Source of the DNA: Vicugna vicugna
Taxonomy: Eukaryota
Assembly: GCA_013265495.1 (NCBI GenBank)
Contig: MU058844.1
Coordinates: 2,149,520 to 2,213,519, forward strand
Direction: 5' to 3'
Length of the DNA: 64,000 nucleotides
Shown in pieces: positions 39,971-52,636 of this stretch; the stretch's first letter is position 1; each line of letters starts with the position of its first letter. The notes under the pieces were generated by a model. The model was not told the origin of the DNA. It did no database searches and was given only the letters and a program-made list of their open reading frames with translations. The position numbers were made by a program, and so were the translations under genes.

Positions 39971-40041
39971 AAAAACNNNNNNNNNNNNNNNNNNNNNNNN
40001 NNAAAAAAAAAAAAAAAAAAAAAGGAAAAAAAAAAAGAAAA
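39940..40041. other. Poly(A) tract containing an assembly gap (26 N, 39977-40002)
   Basis: Directly visible. Confidence 0.97.
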
Positions 40042-40309
40042 CCCTATACATACAGAAATAATTAATTGGAATAGTCAATCCCAGAGAGTATTTATAGTCA
40101 TTAGAACTGAAAATTCCTATGAAGATAAATGATAAATATGCTAGTTATTAATAATATTAAAATCATATATTCAATTCTCACAATGGGGAAAAGAGTTACA
40201 AATTAAATGCTTAAAATTCAAGGGGACAGGTGGTTTAAAATTATTTTGTTAGGAGTTAAAGTCTGACTAAAAGGGCTATGAGAACTATTGACCAAATTTA
40301 GTTTCTATT

Positions 40310-40800
40310 CCTTGTCACATAAGCATCTGTTGAGCACCTATGATATACCAGCACAATGCTGCTAGTCAATGAGGACAAAAAGGAGGAAAAAAATGCCTGA
40401 CATCAAGAGATTTGTAGCCTAGCAGAAAGAGAAACACTTACAAATTATTTTGGTTGAAATTGAGTCTACATTGGATGAGTAGTTTCTAACAGATCATATA
40501 CTTATTTCTACAGGTGAGGTATGGGGAATACTGAAAGCCTTCATGGAGGAAGTAATGCTGTATTTGAGTGTGTGCCAACGACAGATGGGTAGTAAGGGGT
40601 TTTTTGGTTGAGGAAGCATCATGAACAAGGCTTGGAGTAAAGATATAAAAGTAAATTCAGAAAACTGTAAAAATCTGGGTAAGTCTACAGCAGAGGGCTT
40701 GTGGATGCAAGGTGGGGGACCCATCAAGACAGAGTGCTGGAGTAAGCAGTAGATAATCATGGAGGAGGTTCTCGTGCCAAAAAATGTCTAGTTCATGCTT
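40310..40800 (-). mobile_element. LINE-2 fragment
   Basis: 'aagcatctgttgagcacctatgatataccagcacaatgct...gccttcatggaggaagtaatgct..gaggaagcatcatgaacaaggc'. Confidence 0.65.
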
Positions 40801-41269
40801 TCAATCAGGCAATTATATATTTCTGGGTAAAAGACCATCACTTCATCTGTCCCAGCTCCAAACCTTTTTCTTACATGTAGAAAACTGCCTCTGACTATAA
40901 TCTTGGTGGGGCTTACTAGCCCCTATTTCTTCTCTCCCCACCCTCATAAAGCCAGAATGAAGCTTGTGGCAGATTTAGCCAAGGAGATGTGTGTTCTTGG
41001 TTTAGAATTCATCTGCAGTGGCCCCCAGGGAAGACTGTCAGTGAGTCCCTCTGGTTCCAGTGATGTTCAGCAGCAGTGGCAATGCTTTCTGGCCAGATTA
41101 TTTCTATCTGCTTTCTAAAAGCCTCCTTATCTTCTGCCTGTTTTGCAAGTTCATTCTTCCACCCTCTTCTCATCTATGTAATTCCACCTATCACTTTCAA
41201 AGAAACCTTTTTTTTTTTGTAAACACCGTGAATTGCTCTCTGGTGTTTACAGGCTAGGAGTTTAGTAGA

Positions 41270-44200
41270 TAAAGATACTGTTATCAGAAATCCATTATTG
41301 ACATCAGATTGTTGGGAAATGTGGGGAATTCACATTGGCTATCTACATTGCTTAGGTAAAAGGCATTCAGAACCCTGAAGTTATTCAGAGATGAGAGTCT
41401 GGAAGACAGGGAACCCCCAAAACGGGACATACCATCTGTATAGTCACCAGAAATGACACATTTCCTGAGGGTAAGGTTTTGAAAAACCACATAGCTATCA
41501 TCATAGGCAAGTATGAAGAGCATGAAGCAGGACTGAAGGGCAGAGTGGCTGCTTCTCAAGGCCCACTGCACAGCTGGACAAGAGACAGTGGCAAGCTCAA
41601 CTCCCAAAATTCTCAGCTCAAGTTTCAGGCTTGAAATACAGGGGCTTCAAAATTATTTTAAATTATTTCAAATTATTTCTTTCCATTGCAAGATGAAAGA
41701 TCTAAAATAATTTTTTTAAATGCATTCTAAATTGGAATTAATGCACTATACAATTTTTTCTCTTTATAGAAACTCAGAACACTGATCTGGAAACAGAGCC
41801 CACCACCAAAATTTGGAGTAAGGATTACACAATGAGATACAGATGAGTAGTGGAGCTTATGATCCCTAACCCCACTGAACCGCCTTTGTTTGCTGAAAGA
41901 ATCTCACACTCCTTGATTTATAAAGCAATTCCTTCTTGTTTAAAGATTCTTCTACTCCCTCAATTCAAGACATTAACTTTAAGGAGAACTTTATCCTTTT
42001 TATGCCCCATTTCCCTTAATCTTCAATGATTCCCACTTATAATAATAGGTGAGCAATAGGTATCAATTAGAATGTGAAATCTTGGGATAAAAAAAACTAC
42101 TCTAAATAAACTACAGAAATTTCCTAACCTATATTGGCTAAATATTAGAAAAGATGGATGGATTCTGAGCGTACTCAACCAAGGAGAAAGAATGTTAATA
42201 TTAGGCTGAACTTAGTTATATGAGTGTACTGCCAGAGACTGGAGATTCATTAAATGCATTTAAACAGCTGGGAGTCTGTTAGTTTGCTGAAACATTGATC
42301 ACAAAATGGAACTCAATGGAAGCATATGTTAAATGAAGTTGATTTTTTGGTATGGTACAGAGGTACAAAATCAAAACTTTCACAAAATGGAATTCTTATA
42401 TTTTATGATAAAATGGGTTCTTATCTTGTATAATCCATCCATTCATCTTTACCAAGCACTGAGACATACATATATTCGAGATGAGAGTACCAATATCTTT
42501 AAAAAGACCTTAGTGATGCCCATTGAATGCTGGTGGGAAGTCTAGCAATGAAGATTGATTCCATAATTTCAGTGAGGAAGGGCAAATCTGGAGTGTAAGA
42601 GACCATGTAGTGTCATTTAACTACCAATGAGTAAAATAGACATATTTGTCATTAATAGATGTAGGATCAGTACAAAGTCAGAATGGTCTGATCCAAAAAG
42701 AATTTTATTAAGCTTTATTACATTCAGTAGAGAATTAGCTTTCTGGGAATGAAAGAGATGTGAAGTCCTCTGTGAAGCTATGAAATTAAAAACCCTTCAA
42801 AACTGCTCATCAGAGTCCTGGGCGAGCCAATATGGCATATGACATGGAATTTCTGCCCTTCACTGGATTTTTAAACCTTAGTTAAATCATAGACCTAGAG
42901 CTACCAGAATGAAAGAGAGGGTTTCTTGTCTTAAACAAGTACTTTGCAATGGTACCACAAGTGTGTGCTATTTTTTTTTTTTTACCTAGTCTTCCACTAA
43001 AAGGACCAGATGTCATTAGCAAAGTAACTGTGCCCTGCAGAAGCAAACATGGTTTTTAAACAAAATTAATTCCTGGGGACACAGGGCACTTCTGCAGGAC
43101 ACTAGTGAGGGTTTTTTGATGTTAAAATGACAAGTGGAGAATTTACCTTTATCTAACCTATGACCTTCCCATATTTATTGTTCAAGTTCTTGGGTGGCTA
43201 GAATAAATTACCTCAGAAAGGATGGATTTTTCACGTCAGCTCAGTACCCCATGAAAGATGGACCATTCTGATTGAAAAGACCAAATGGACAGTCACAAAG
43301 CTCTTCAGTACTATGAAATATTAAATTAACAGCAATACTGCTTCAGTAAAACGTCAGAAATATTGGTACTGCCTTTGCTTCAATAAAAGAATTAGAACTA
43401 TTAGTGTCATCTTTAATGACTTAAAAGTGCAGGGTTAATGATTCTCAGCAGATTCTCATTTGTGTTTGGTGCTGGTAAGATAGTTTTAGAGGATAAAAAT
43501 GGATTTTTCCAAAGTTTAATTGGATGGTAACTTCTGTTGCAACTGCTGTTCCGTATGTGGTCCAAGTCATTACAGCTCTTAGTACCTTGTATAAAGCAAC
43601 TGATCTGAATAACGTCTTTTTCCTCTACTCCAATAAACAAAATTACTAGAAGCAGTCTGTTTTCTTTCACCAGACAGGAACAGCAGTATAGTTTTGCGAT
43701 ACTGTTTCTGGATTGTGTTAACCCCTTGGCTTTGCACCACATTTTAGTCTGCAGAAATACCCTCTCACAAAATATCATGTGGTACGATCTAGAGGGTACA
43801 CTTTGTTATCTAGGTACATTAATTAGATGCTTAAATGCCAGAGCATTGGAGGCGAATATAATGGAAGACCACAGAGGTGACAAGTCACTGAGTTATTATA
43901 AAAGTTAAACGGTCTAAGGAGAGTTGGGCTGTCCCTCTAAAGTGAGGACAATTTGCTGAGCCATGCGTCCATCACCACTAGGAACATGAACAGTGCCTGA
44001 ATTTCAGAGGCCACATACTACTGCACATCAGTCTGGTGCTGAGAAGTGGTTAGATCTGAGTTTGTCTCATGCTGAGAGAAGGCTCTCTGGACAGTTGAGG
44101 TCACAGTGATCCTGCTACTTATCATTTATCAGATTAAATAACATTTAAAAATGTACAGCAGATCAGGTTGCTAGATCAGGTGTGTGTGGTTAGTGTTAAT

Positions 44201-44950
44201 GAGACAACTAAACCCTAGCTTTCCAAAGAAAGGATAGGCCTATTTTAGCAAAAAGTTACTATCCTTTTAAGAAACCAGGCCCAATGGGAGACTAGACAAC
44301 AGCCTGATATTATTCCTAATACATTTAGTATTGTCTTATCTATCTAGCCTAAATTGATGCCTAGCAGTTGATTCAGCAGGCACATGATATAAATGAGAAG
44401 AGGGCCAAATAGGTCCTAGTCTTGGGGCACTGCTGTCCCTTCCTTTCAGTCACACTTATGACCTCAGGGGGCTTTTCTCTTGACCATCTGGCTGAGAAGA
44501 GTATAAATATAATTAAATTGTAATTGATGTCCTATGATATGCAGGAACCAACTGAGAGCAGAATGCTGCAACAGTATGGCTCTGACTGGGATAGCCTGGA
44601 AGGGGAGTCTGACAAGAAACTAAGGAGAACAAGAATACGTGTGACTCAGTGAATCTCCTCAATATACAGGAGGCATTATGAGTCTAGTAGTATTTTCTCA
44701 CTCTTCTGATAAAACGTCTTGTAAGAGACCCCTTCTAAAGTGCTTTGGAGAAGAGCTTTAAACTAACTGGCTTTCAAGTTGTTCATTTTCTGTTATCTCA
44801 GCATCCTCTGAAGGTCAGTGGTGCTAAGGTGAAACTTGGTAGAAATGGAGAGTGTCTGAGAAGTTGGAGGAAAATGATTCCAGATCAGAATGGTTCTGAT
44901 CAGTTGGTAACAGAGCTCACCCAAGAATCACAGAGATATTTTTATTTATA
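41270..44950 (+). mobile_element. Decayed class III endogenous retrovirus (ERVL-type) internal region; possible 5' LTR at ~40800-41270
   Basis: From 43512: KFNWMVTSVATAVPYVVQVITALSTLYKATDLNNVFF (cf. ERVL RT KLNQVVTPIAAAVPDVV..GTWYAAIDLANAFF). From 43681: QQYSFAILFLDCVNPLALHHILVCRN (cf. QQYTFTVLPQGYINSPALCHNLVRRD). RNase H-like 'YAGT' at ~44538; gag/pro-like DNA at ~42880-43080. Confidence 0.8.
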
Positions 44951-45399
44951 TTTTTGGATTAGGTATTGAAAGTCTTCTTGTAGAGTCTGGGAGCAACTGG
45001 CACTAGAGAGAGTCATAAATATCAAAGTTGAATCAAAACATAAATAGCTTGTAAGTGACAGGGTTTGCTACTAGATTCAGATAAATTTTGCACAGCATTG
45101 CCTCAGGATGCTTCAGACACAAAGGCTAAACTATACATAGAGGGTCATTTGCTATTTATTCACAACAGGAAAAATTCATGTTAGCAGTATTAATAAAAAA
45201 TCAAATTTATGAAAAGTACACTAAGAAGAGTAAACATGGACTTTTTTTCAATTTATACTCAACATACATATGGAGAAAGAGAGAGAGAAATATCTTATCT
45301 GGTGGTTAGCTGTCAAATGTTGATTCTTATAGACCGTCTAATAAGATTATTAGTGCCTTCCTCTAAGTATCAAAATTTAAGTATCAAAGTTTAGCAAAA

Positions 45400-47490
45400 G
45401 TATCAAAATTTAAAAGCACCATCAGACATGTGAGAAAAGTTTTCAATATAAAATACTCCTAGAGGCCAAATCAAGTCAAGAATAAAAAAAGATATCAAGG
45501 GAAATAAACTTATTGCAGGAAGCAGAAGACAACTCACAATACTACCAAAGCCTTGCAGTTTTTAATCTTGTTTTCAACAAGAAAAGAGAAGATAGTAATT
45601 ACGTAAAATGCTTTAGGAAGGGACCAACCAGAGAACAAGTTTCCAAAGTGAATATATGACATGATATGGAAATTTTAAAGGTCAGAAACAGAATTAAGGA
45701 AATCTGTCAGAAAGCATAAAACTTTCTTGAGAATGGAAGCAGAAGAGAAGAGATAAAAATTCAGACAATCTAACCAGAAGGGGCATCAACTAAGACCCAT
45801 GGAAAAAGAAAACAGAAAAAAAAAATTGATGGACTATACTGACATGAGTTTCTAGGTTGAAAGGATTCATTGAGTTCCCAGTGAGTGACTGAAATACATC
45901 CTCTCAAGACACACTGTAAAAGTTCAGAAATGGAAGATGAAAGGAAAGCCTCAAAAGCTTAAAGAGAACAAAAATATTCACAATCTAAGAACTGAAAATT
46001 ACAACTTTATCAACTTTTTCAATTTCAACTCCAGAAGCAACAAGACAATCCTGTTTTCAAGTATCTTCAACATTTGGAAGGGACATTATTTCAAATCAGA
46101 ATTCTATCTAGTCAAAATATCAGTTAAACAAGTGGGCTGACTACAAGCATTTTTATACATGTGAGTTCACACACAAAAAGAGAAGTATCTCAGGTGCACA
46201 GGAAGTGATCAGAGGCTGTGCCCCGTCAATGCTATGGGGTTAATCAAGGAAGAACAAAACATGAGACCAGGCAAGGGATCTAACCCAGGAGATGGGTGAA
46301 GGAAGCCCAGGACCAGGACACCCCCACAGGCCCAGAGAGTAAGGGTTGTATTATTCATAAATGCACTCGAAAAGCCAGCACAGCAGTAAAGACTGATTTT
46401 TGTGTAATGATCAACACCTTAGGCAGGCTTAATTATTGTCTGAAGAAACCTTACAATGAAGATTCACTTCATGAATTTTTTAAAGGTTTGTTGCAAATAA
46501 ACGCCTGTTATGTAAGATACAACTGAACTTATTTTTATCAAACGTAAGACCTCTGTGTAGGTTATGGGGGAGACTGTAATAGCCCTCATTATCTGTGAGA
46601 CAACTGAAATGTGACACAAAGAACCTGAAAATTATTATTTGCCAGATTTGCTTAGATTGGTATAGAACCAGACTGAAGTAGAAGGATATGAAATTCCAGG
46701 GGAAATATCTCCCAGGAGAAAAAAGTGAACTTAATATGTTTGATTTTATAAACCGTTTACCATGTTGTAAGTGCTTTAAAAATATTAACTCATTTACTAC
46801 TATCCTTAATTTACAGATGAGGAGACTTAAGGCAAAGATAAACAATTGTTCAATTTTTCACATATAGTAAATAACAGAGATTCATTCAAACCCAAGCAGA
46901 TCTGGCTTTTGACTAGCATACTATGTTGCCTCCATCCACTGGGTGTAAAACATTTCCAAAATGGTTCTACAATTCTGTTTGAGAAATAATTCTGTTTTGG
47001 AAAATGTTAATGAAATAGTTGTATGTGTATAGGGAATAACATACCTCTATACACGAACATATATATGGTAAATACATGCAGTACAATGAAGGAATTAAAA
47101 TAAATTTGTACCATTTTCTTCATCAGTTAAAAATATTTACATTGCATAATAACACACAGTAAATATTTATTTAATCAAAGTTTATGATATACATACATTA
47201 GAAGCTACTGAAGGAAACCATGGTTGTAGGTGGGGTAAGAGTGTGTCTGAGCAAATGTGCTAAATCCTTGTCTAATAAGAAAATAATTGATATTTAAAAT
47301 TGATAAGTTAAACAAAAAGGGTACCAGCAAGAATATTAAAGTAAATATTAAAAGAAATCCATAATAGAGTTGAAAATATGACCTCTTGAGAGTGGAGCTT
47401 ATACTGAAATGTAGGGTGGGGGACTGCTATGTTCATTATTAGTTTATAGTAGTTTTGAGTATTTAAATCTGTCATTACTATAGTTTAAAT
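45400..47490 (+). mobile_element. HAL1-like / ancient L1 ORF1-bearing element with a nested MIR (~46755-46930, minus strand)
   Basis: ORF1-like DNA ('aggattcattgagttcccagt', 'tttcaaatcagaattctatc..gtcaaaatatcagttaa'). HAL1-type 3' end 'gggtgggggactgctatgttcattattagtttatagtag..tatttaaa'. Confidence 0.6.
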
Positions 47491-48859
47491 GAATTATCCT
47501 GAAAAAAATTAATTATACATGTATATATGTGTGCATCAGCTATATATTTTAGTGGATTCCTTTTATACTCTTAAATTATACAACAGAGTTTAGTTAAATA
47601 AGCTAACATTGATCTATGAAGAGAAAATTATTTCTCTTAGCAAAAATACAATCAATTGATCAAAAACTTCAGTCCTGGGAGCACCTAATAGTCCAACCAC
47701 TACTGAAATAGATGTATCAGATATATACACTAACAAATTTGAAATCCTACTAGAGTTTTGTGTCTTTTACACCCTCATACATTGCCTTCTTTTTTAAAAT
47801 GTCAGTGATCTTTAGGAATACAACACGATAAATTCCCCAGTTTGAGTTTAGCAAAGCAGCCTCCCTTTTAATAAGAAAAAGCAGCAGCAAGATAAGCAAA
47901 TAGGATACGTTAAAAAAGTGCTATCAGAAGGAAAGGAGGTTAAACCAACAAGACTCTAACTCAGTCTCAAGTTTCTAGGACATCTTTCAGGGAGGCTAAA
48001 ATGCCAACTATCACCCTGTATGCTGAAAGAAATTTCCGGGCCTCATTGTCCTCATATGTGAAAGGAAAGAGTTTGAAGAGGTGATTTTTAATTTCTCCTT
48101 GAGCTTTAACTTTTTTGCTATGGAATTTTCCTACACTTATCCAACACGTTCACCTTGATTCTTTCATTTGATTCTCAAACAACCCTTCAGAGTTGTCAGA
48201 GCAGGTGCATTATGGGTAGACTTAGGTTTATGATGGTTAAATGGCCTGTGTCAGCTCAAACAACTAGGAAGTTGCAAAAGGAAAACTCTAACTCACATTT
48301 ACTTTTACCATATTTCTAAGGTTCTTCACTATGCTTCTATTTGCATAGATATGCTGATCAAAAAATCATGATGATCAAAATATGTGTGCCTTATGTGTTT
48401 ATCTATTCATTTACTCATTAAATAAATAGTTTTTGAACACCTACCATATTCAAATCCCCATAGGCTTCTAAAATACTAGTCTGTCATTAGAAAGACAATG
48501 CGAAAGCCACATCATTAAGCGTTAGCCTTCTTTTCTCCCTCTTTGTAGAGTCAGATAAGACTGGGCAGAGTCTTGCATTAACTCTTATAACAGCTAGCAT
48601 GACTCAGCTATTCTTATCACTGTCTTAATTTAAATTTATTGAACTTTCACTTAAGCAGTCCTAATGAAGAGCTTAGGTCCCTATCCTCCAGGAATCAGTA
48701 ATCAAAGAAGAGTAGACTGAATTGTTACCGGAAAAATCAAGACATAAAGATTATAGCAGTGGAAAACATCCTATGTCTTGGTCTGGAAACAATAATACCA
48801 AACCTGGCAAACATTGCAGATGGTCATTTTTATTTATATCATGTCTCTCAGGCTCCTTA

Positions 48860-49790
48860 AGATGTAATTGTTATCATATGCTCTCAAAATGAGAAGGGAG
48901 AGTTGGGAATGATTTCCAGATATCTGGTTTAAGAGACAGAATAAGATGATAATGTCACTCAAAAGCATAAAGTGACAAGAGCAATTAAAGGAAAGGGAGA
49001 TAGTGAATTTCACTTTAGATACATGGCTCTGAGACATACAGGACATACAGAGCCTCTGAGACATAGGCAGAGATAACAGGAGATTTCTAGAAAGCAGGTG
49101 TATGCTCACACTGGAGTGCAGGTTTTCTTCCAGACATGGAATTGGAGAAAGAGACTCAGGAGTCATCATGATAGAGAGGATTGTTAAAACCTTGGAATCG
49201 TTGAACACTCTTTTGAGATCTTAGACTCTCAAAGAACTTCAAATGCTAGAAACCCCTTAAAAAGTGTTAGAGGAAACAGAGAGGTTCAGAATATAAATAG
49301 AAGTCAGAAAGAAAGAGAAGGGAAAGCTAGGAGAGATTGTAATCTAGAAACATTTAATTAAAGGAGAGGGTCAGCATTGCCAAGTCACAGGGCAAGTAGT
49401 CTGAACACCAAAAGACTTCAATAGATTAGTGAATATAAAGATCATTGCTTTTTTTTTTTTTTTTTTTTGCCTGGAATGTTGGGGAAGCAGAGAGATTAGC
49501 CACCCTATTTCGGTGGGTGAATCAATGGATGGACTGGTGAACAGGAAATGGAGACTGGAGGCAGCCAGTGTACGACTCTATTTTCCAACAATGGACATGT
49601 AGCAACATTTGTGTAACAGAATTAAGAAATGTCTGAAACAAGTTTAGCTAAAAAAGGAAAGAAATAAGAGAGTAGCTGTAGGGAGCTGTGCAGACTTGGA
49701 GATCATCTGTTGTTTATATCCTGAGGGTTTAGGAAAAGAAGAAAGAGAAAAGGAAAATGCAGTAGAGAGAGGAGATCATTGTTATAACAA
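48860..49790 (-). mobile_element. LINE-2 fragment
   Basis: 'gaatgatttccagatatctggttt...tgaatttcactttagatacatg...ttggagaaagagactcaggagtcatcatg'. Confidence 0.6.
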
Positions 49791-50929
49791 AAGCAAGTAA
49801 CACTTGATTTCTTCTTAAAATATGATATAAGTGTACCAGTTGAGCTACTAAGAGATCATGTCTGAATTAGATCTTAGGCTATAAGAGCCCTCAAAATTAA
49901 AAGTATTTTCCAGTTGAGATGTAGGGCTAATACCACAGAAAGGCTAACATTTCCATAATTGTTTACAACAAACTAGGGCCACCCTTGTGAGACAGTCCAG
50001 TGCTATGTTATGGATGACAAAACTGTGTTGAGGAGAAAGGAAGTAGATGGTTCAGAAAAGGTTTTTTTGAGTCAAATTCTCCCCCATTTTCACTGTGTCC
50101 TTTGAAAATACTTATGTGAGCAGAGTCCAACAAGTCATATCAATACAACTTCCTTTCTCCAGAATCAGATAGATTTTGAAAAACACAATGATTACAATCA
50201 ACAGGATAATTTCTGAAAATGAGATTTTTAATAATTTTGGGCTTTCCTTAAGAGGAATAACTTTTTTTCCCTCAAATACAAGATCTAGAAGACACATTAT
50301 TCTAAATTGTGTTAAAATTAAAAAAAAAGCAGTGCAACAGAATGCCCTGTAATGGACTAAATGCAAAACATCTGTTATAATGAGAGGAAAAAAAAATCTC
50401 ATTTGAATAATTATTTGAAATAAAGCTCTCAATACGAAATACAGATACAAAAATTATTTCTAGAAAACAAAGCATCATACCCCTGTTTAGTGCCAAAAAT
50501 CAGGTATAGCTTCCCAGATTTCATTTTTTAATTTTTCAAATACATTTTTTCTTTTTCCGTTAATCAAAAATAATATATCTAAATAGAATTCCAGCATCTG
50601 TTTTATATGAAAAATGAACAAAATATTTCCATATAAACAGAAGACGTTGGTCTTTATTTCTTTTTACCATTTTTTTAAAAAAAGATCATCTAGAGAAAAT
50701 GCTTTAAAATCTTTTTGTTGCACTTGAAATCAAAACTGCTTTTAGTTTCTTCCTATTAGATCAGGTCTCCAGATCAGCATTACAATATCTTTGGGACTGT
50801 GAGCTCAGAGTGAAAACTGCACTGAATTTTTGTTATAGGTTCTTGAGATGAAGTCAGAATTTCCCGTGCTGAGCTGCCTAGGTACTGAGGTGCTGTGGTT
50901 GTTGGAGGGGTTAAAGTTGGAGCCATTGA

Positions 50930-51220
50930 TGCATATATATTAGGGAGGATTCATAAAAACACGACAGTGGAGCCTGGGTCAGTCCATTACTATGACTGAG
51001 CTGTGACCAATAGAAAGGGACGAAGAAGCTCCAAGAAAACTGAGGTAAGCCGTCTCCTGAAGCTCTGTCAAAGTGGAAACAATAGATCAAAGGTGTTCAT
51101 GGTGACCGGTCAGAGGAGGTTTTCTTTTTTCTCCTAAGAGTCTTGACAGCATAAAATAAAAACAAATTGTTTTAGTCAAAGGTTTTTTTTTTTTCTTTTT
51201 TCCTCCTTAACTGATTTTAG
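50930..51220 (+). promoter_or_regulatory. KERA: KERA promoter / 5' leader region
   Basis: Non-repetitive DNA just upstream of the exon ending at 51271. TATA-like 'catatatat' ~50932 and 'cataaaa' ~50952 and ~51150; CCAAT 51007-51011; SOX AACAATAG 51078-51085; TCF/LEF AGATCAAAGG 51084-51093. TSS cannot be fixed from sequence. Confidence 0.55.
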
Positions 51221-51271
51221 CAAACTTCAGACCCAGACACAGGACTCAGCGATACATTCCTGGACAGCAAG
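51221..51271 (+). other. KERA: KERA non-coding 5' exon (3' part; 5' boundary uncertain)
   Basis: Ends at donor AAG|GTAAAC (51271/51272) and resembles the mammalian KERA leader; would splice to the acceptor at 52628/52629. Confidence 0.7.
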
Positions 51272-52636
51272 GTAAACTATTTTACACTTTTCAAAACTCT
51301 TAAAGCTAAGAATTCGAAGTTATATTCATCAGAGGCAGAATTACAGCTTCAATAACTAATGCAAATCCCTATTCTGAAAAAATAATGTTTTAATATGTCT
51401 CTGTTGGAAGATGACCAGAGCAGCATTCTGCAACTGCAAGAAATTCGATAGCTTGCAGATGCAGAAGTAGCCCTGCAGTTGTCATTTCCCTTGATTTAGT
51501 GGCAAAATGGAAAGATCAGCATTTTATAGATGATGCTGATTTTATCTTTTCCACAAAGGAATCAATAAAATTTATTTCTTCCTTATTATCAAGTGTTGAA
51601 CTAAATGTACATTGGTCAGGATGTTACTGTTATATAGATATATATATATATATTTTTTTCCTGTTAGTATAGTTCTTTGTTTCCATAAACTTGTTGATCC
51701 TCAGTGGGGAGGATTTATATCTTTTAAATGCATCGTACATGAATAAGTATTAACTTATGCTCTGCTAGTAGCCACATCGAAAATATGGAAGTCCACCTGT
51801 ATGCTAAACATGCTCTTTGTTTTGTTTTGTTTCGTATCAACCATAGTAATGCCACAGCTGAATACACTACTTTTGTAAGTGTGATAGATATCTATATCTA
51901 CACCTATATCTGTATTTACATTTATGTCTAGAGAGTTTCATAATCCAGATATCTTGGCTAAACAACTTGATCCTGTACTTAGAACATTAGACGTCTTTCC
52001 CTGCACCCCAGAATAAAACTTACCTGAGAAGTTGAGCAACAGAGCAAGAGATTAATCACCCTGCTTTTCTTCGAATTTTAAAACCTTTCTTCACACACAC
52101 ACACACACACAAACCGTTAAAATGTTCTTTGATCTCTCTGTTTCTTTGGTTCAAGGGCCAAAGAGCCTGGGAAAATCTCCTCCAGATGTTTTGCTCATTT
52201 AGGGGTAAAAGTAAAAGCATATGCCTACTTCTTAGGAACAACACAGACGCTAAATCTGAGTTACTGAAAGGTCACTTTTTTGTACTCATGTATTCAACTC
52301 TGGGTTTCAACTAACTTCCTTGAATTAAATAGCTTGAAGTGGAAAAGCACTTAAGAGTTCCCAAAAATTTGCTTTTTATTTCTCAGTTTTCATTGTGATT
52401 GGGTTAAAACCAGAAAGTTACAAGTTGGTGCGTCAGTTTCAGTGTTTGCAAAAATGCTTTGCATAGAGTGCCTACTATGGGGATTAGTTGATAACTGTGT
52501 ATAAAATGCTGACATGTCTTTATCTCCCCCACCCCACCAAGCAGCAATGTTTACCGATCATTTTGATGCATGTGATTATTTAAAGATTCAGTTCTTTAAA
52601 CATCTAACAGTTGTATCCCTTATTCTAGGTACTATA

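Noticed and set aside
52514..52636. 41-aa N-terminal extension of the KERA ORF (MSLSPPPH...)
   Set aside because: Mostly intronic, upstream of the acceptor at 52628; the signal peptide starts at ATG 52637.
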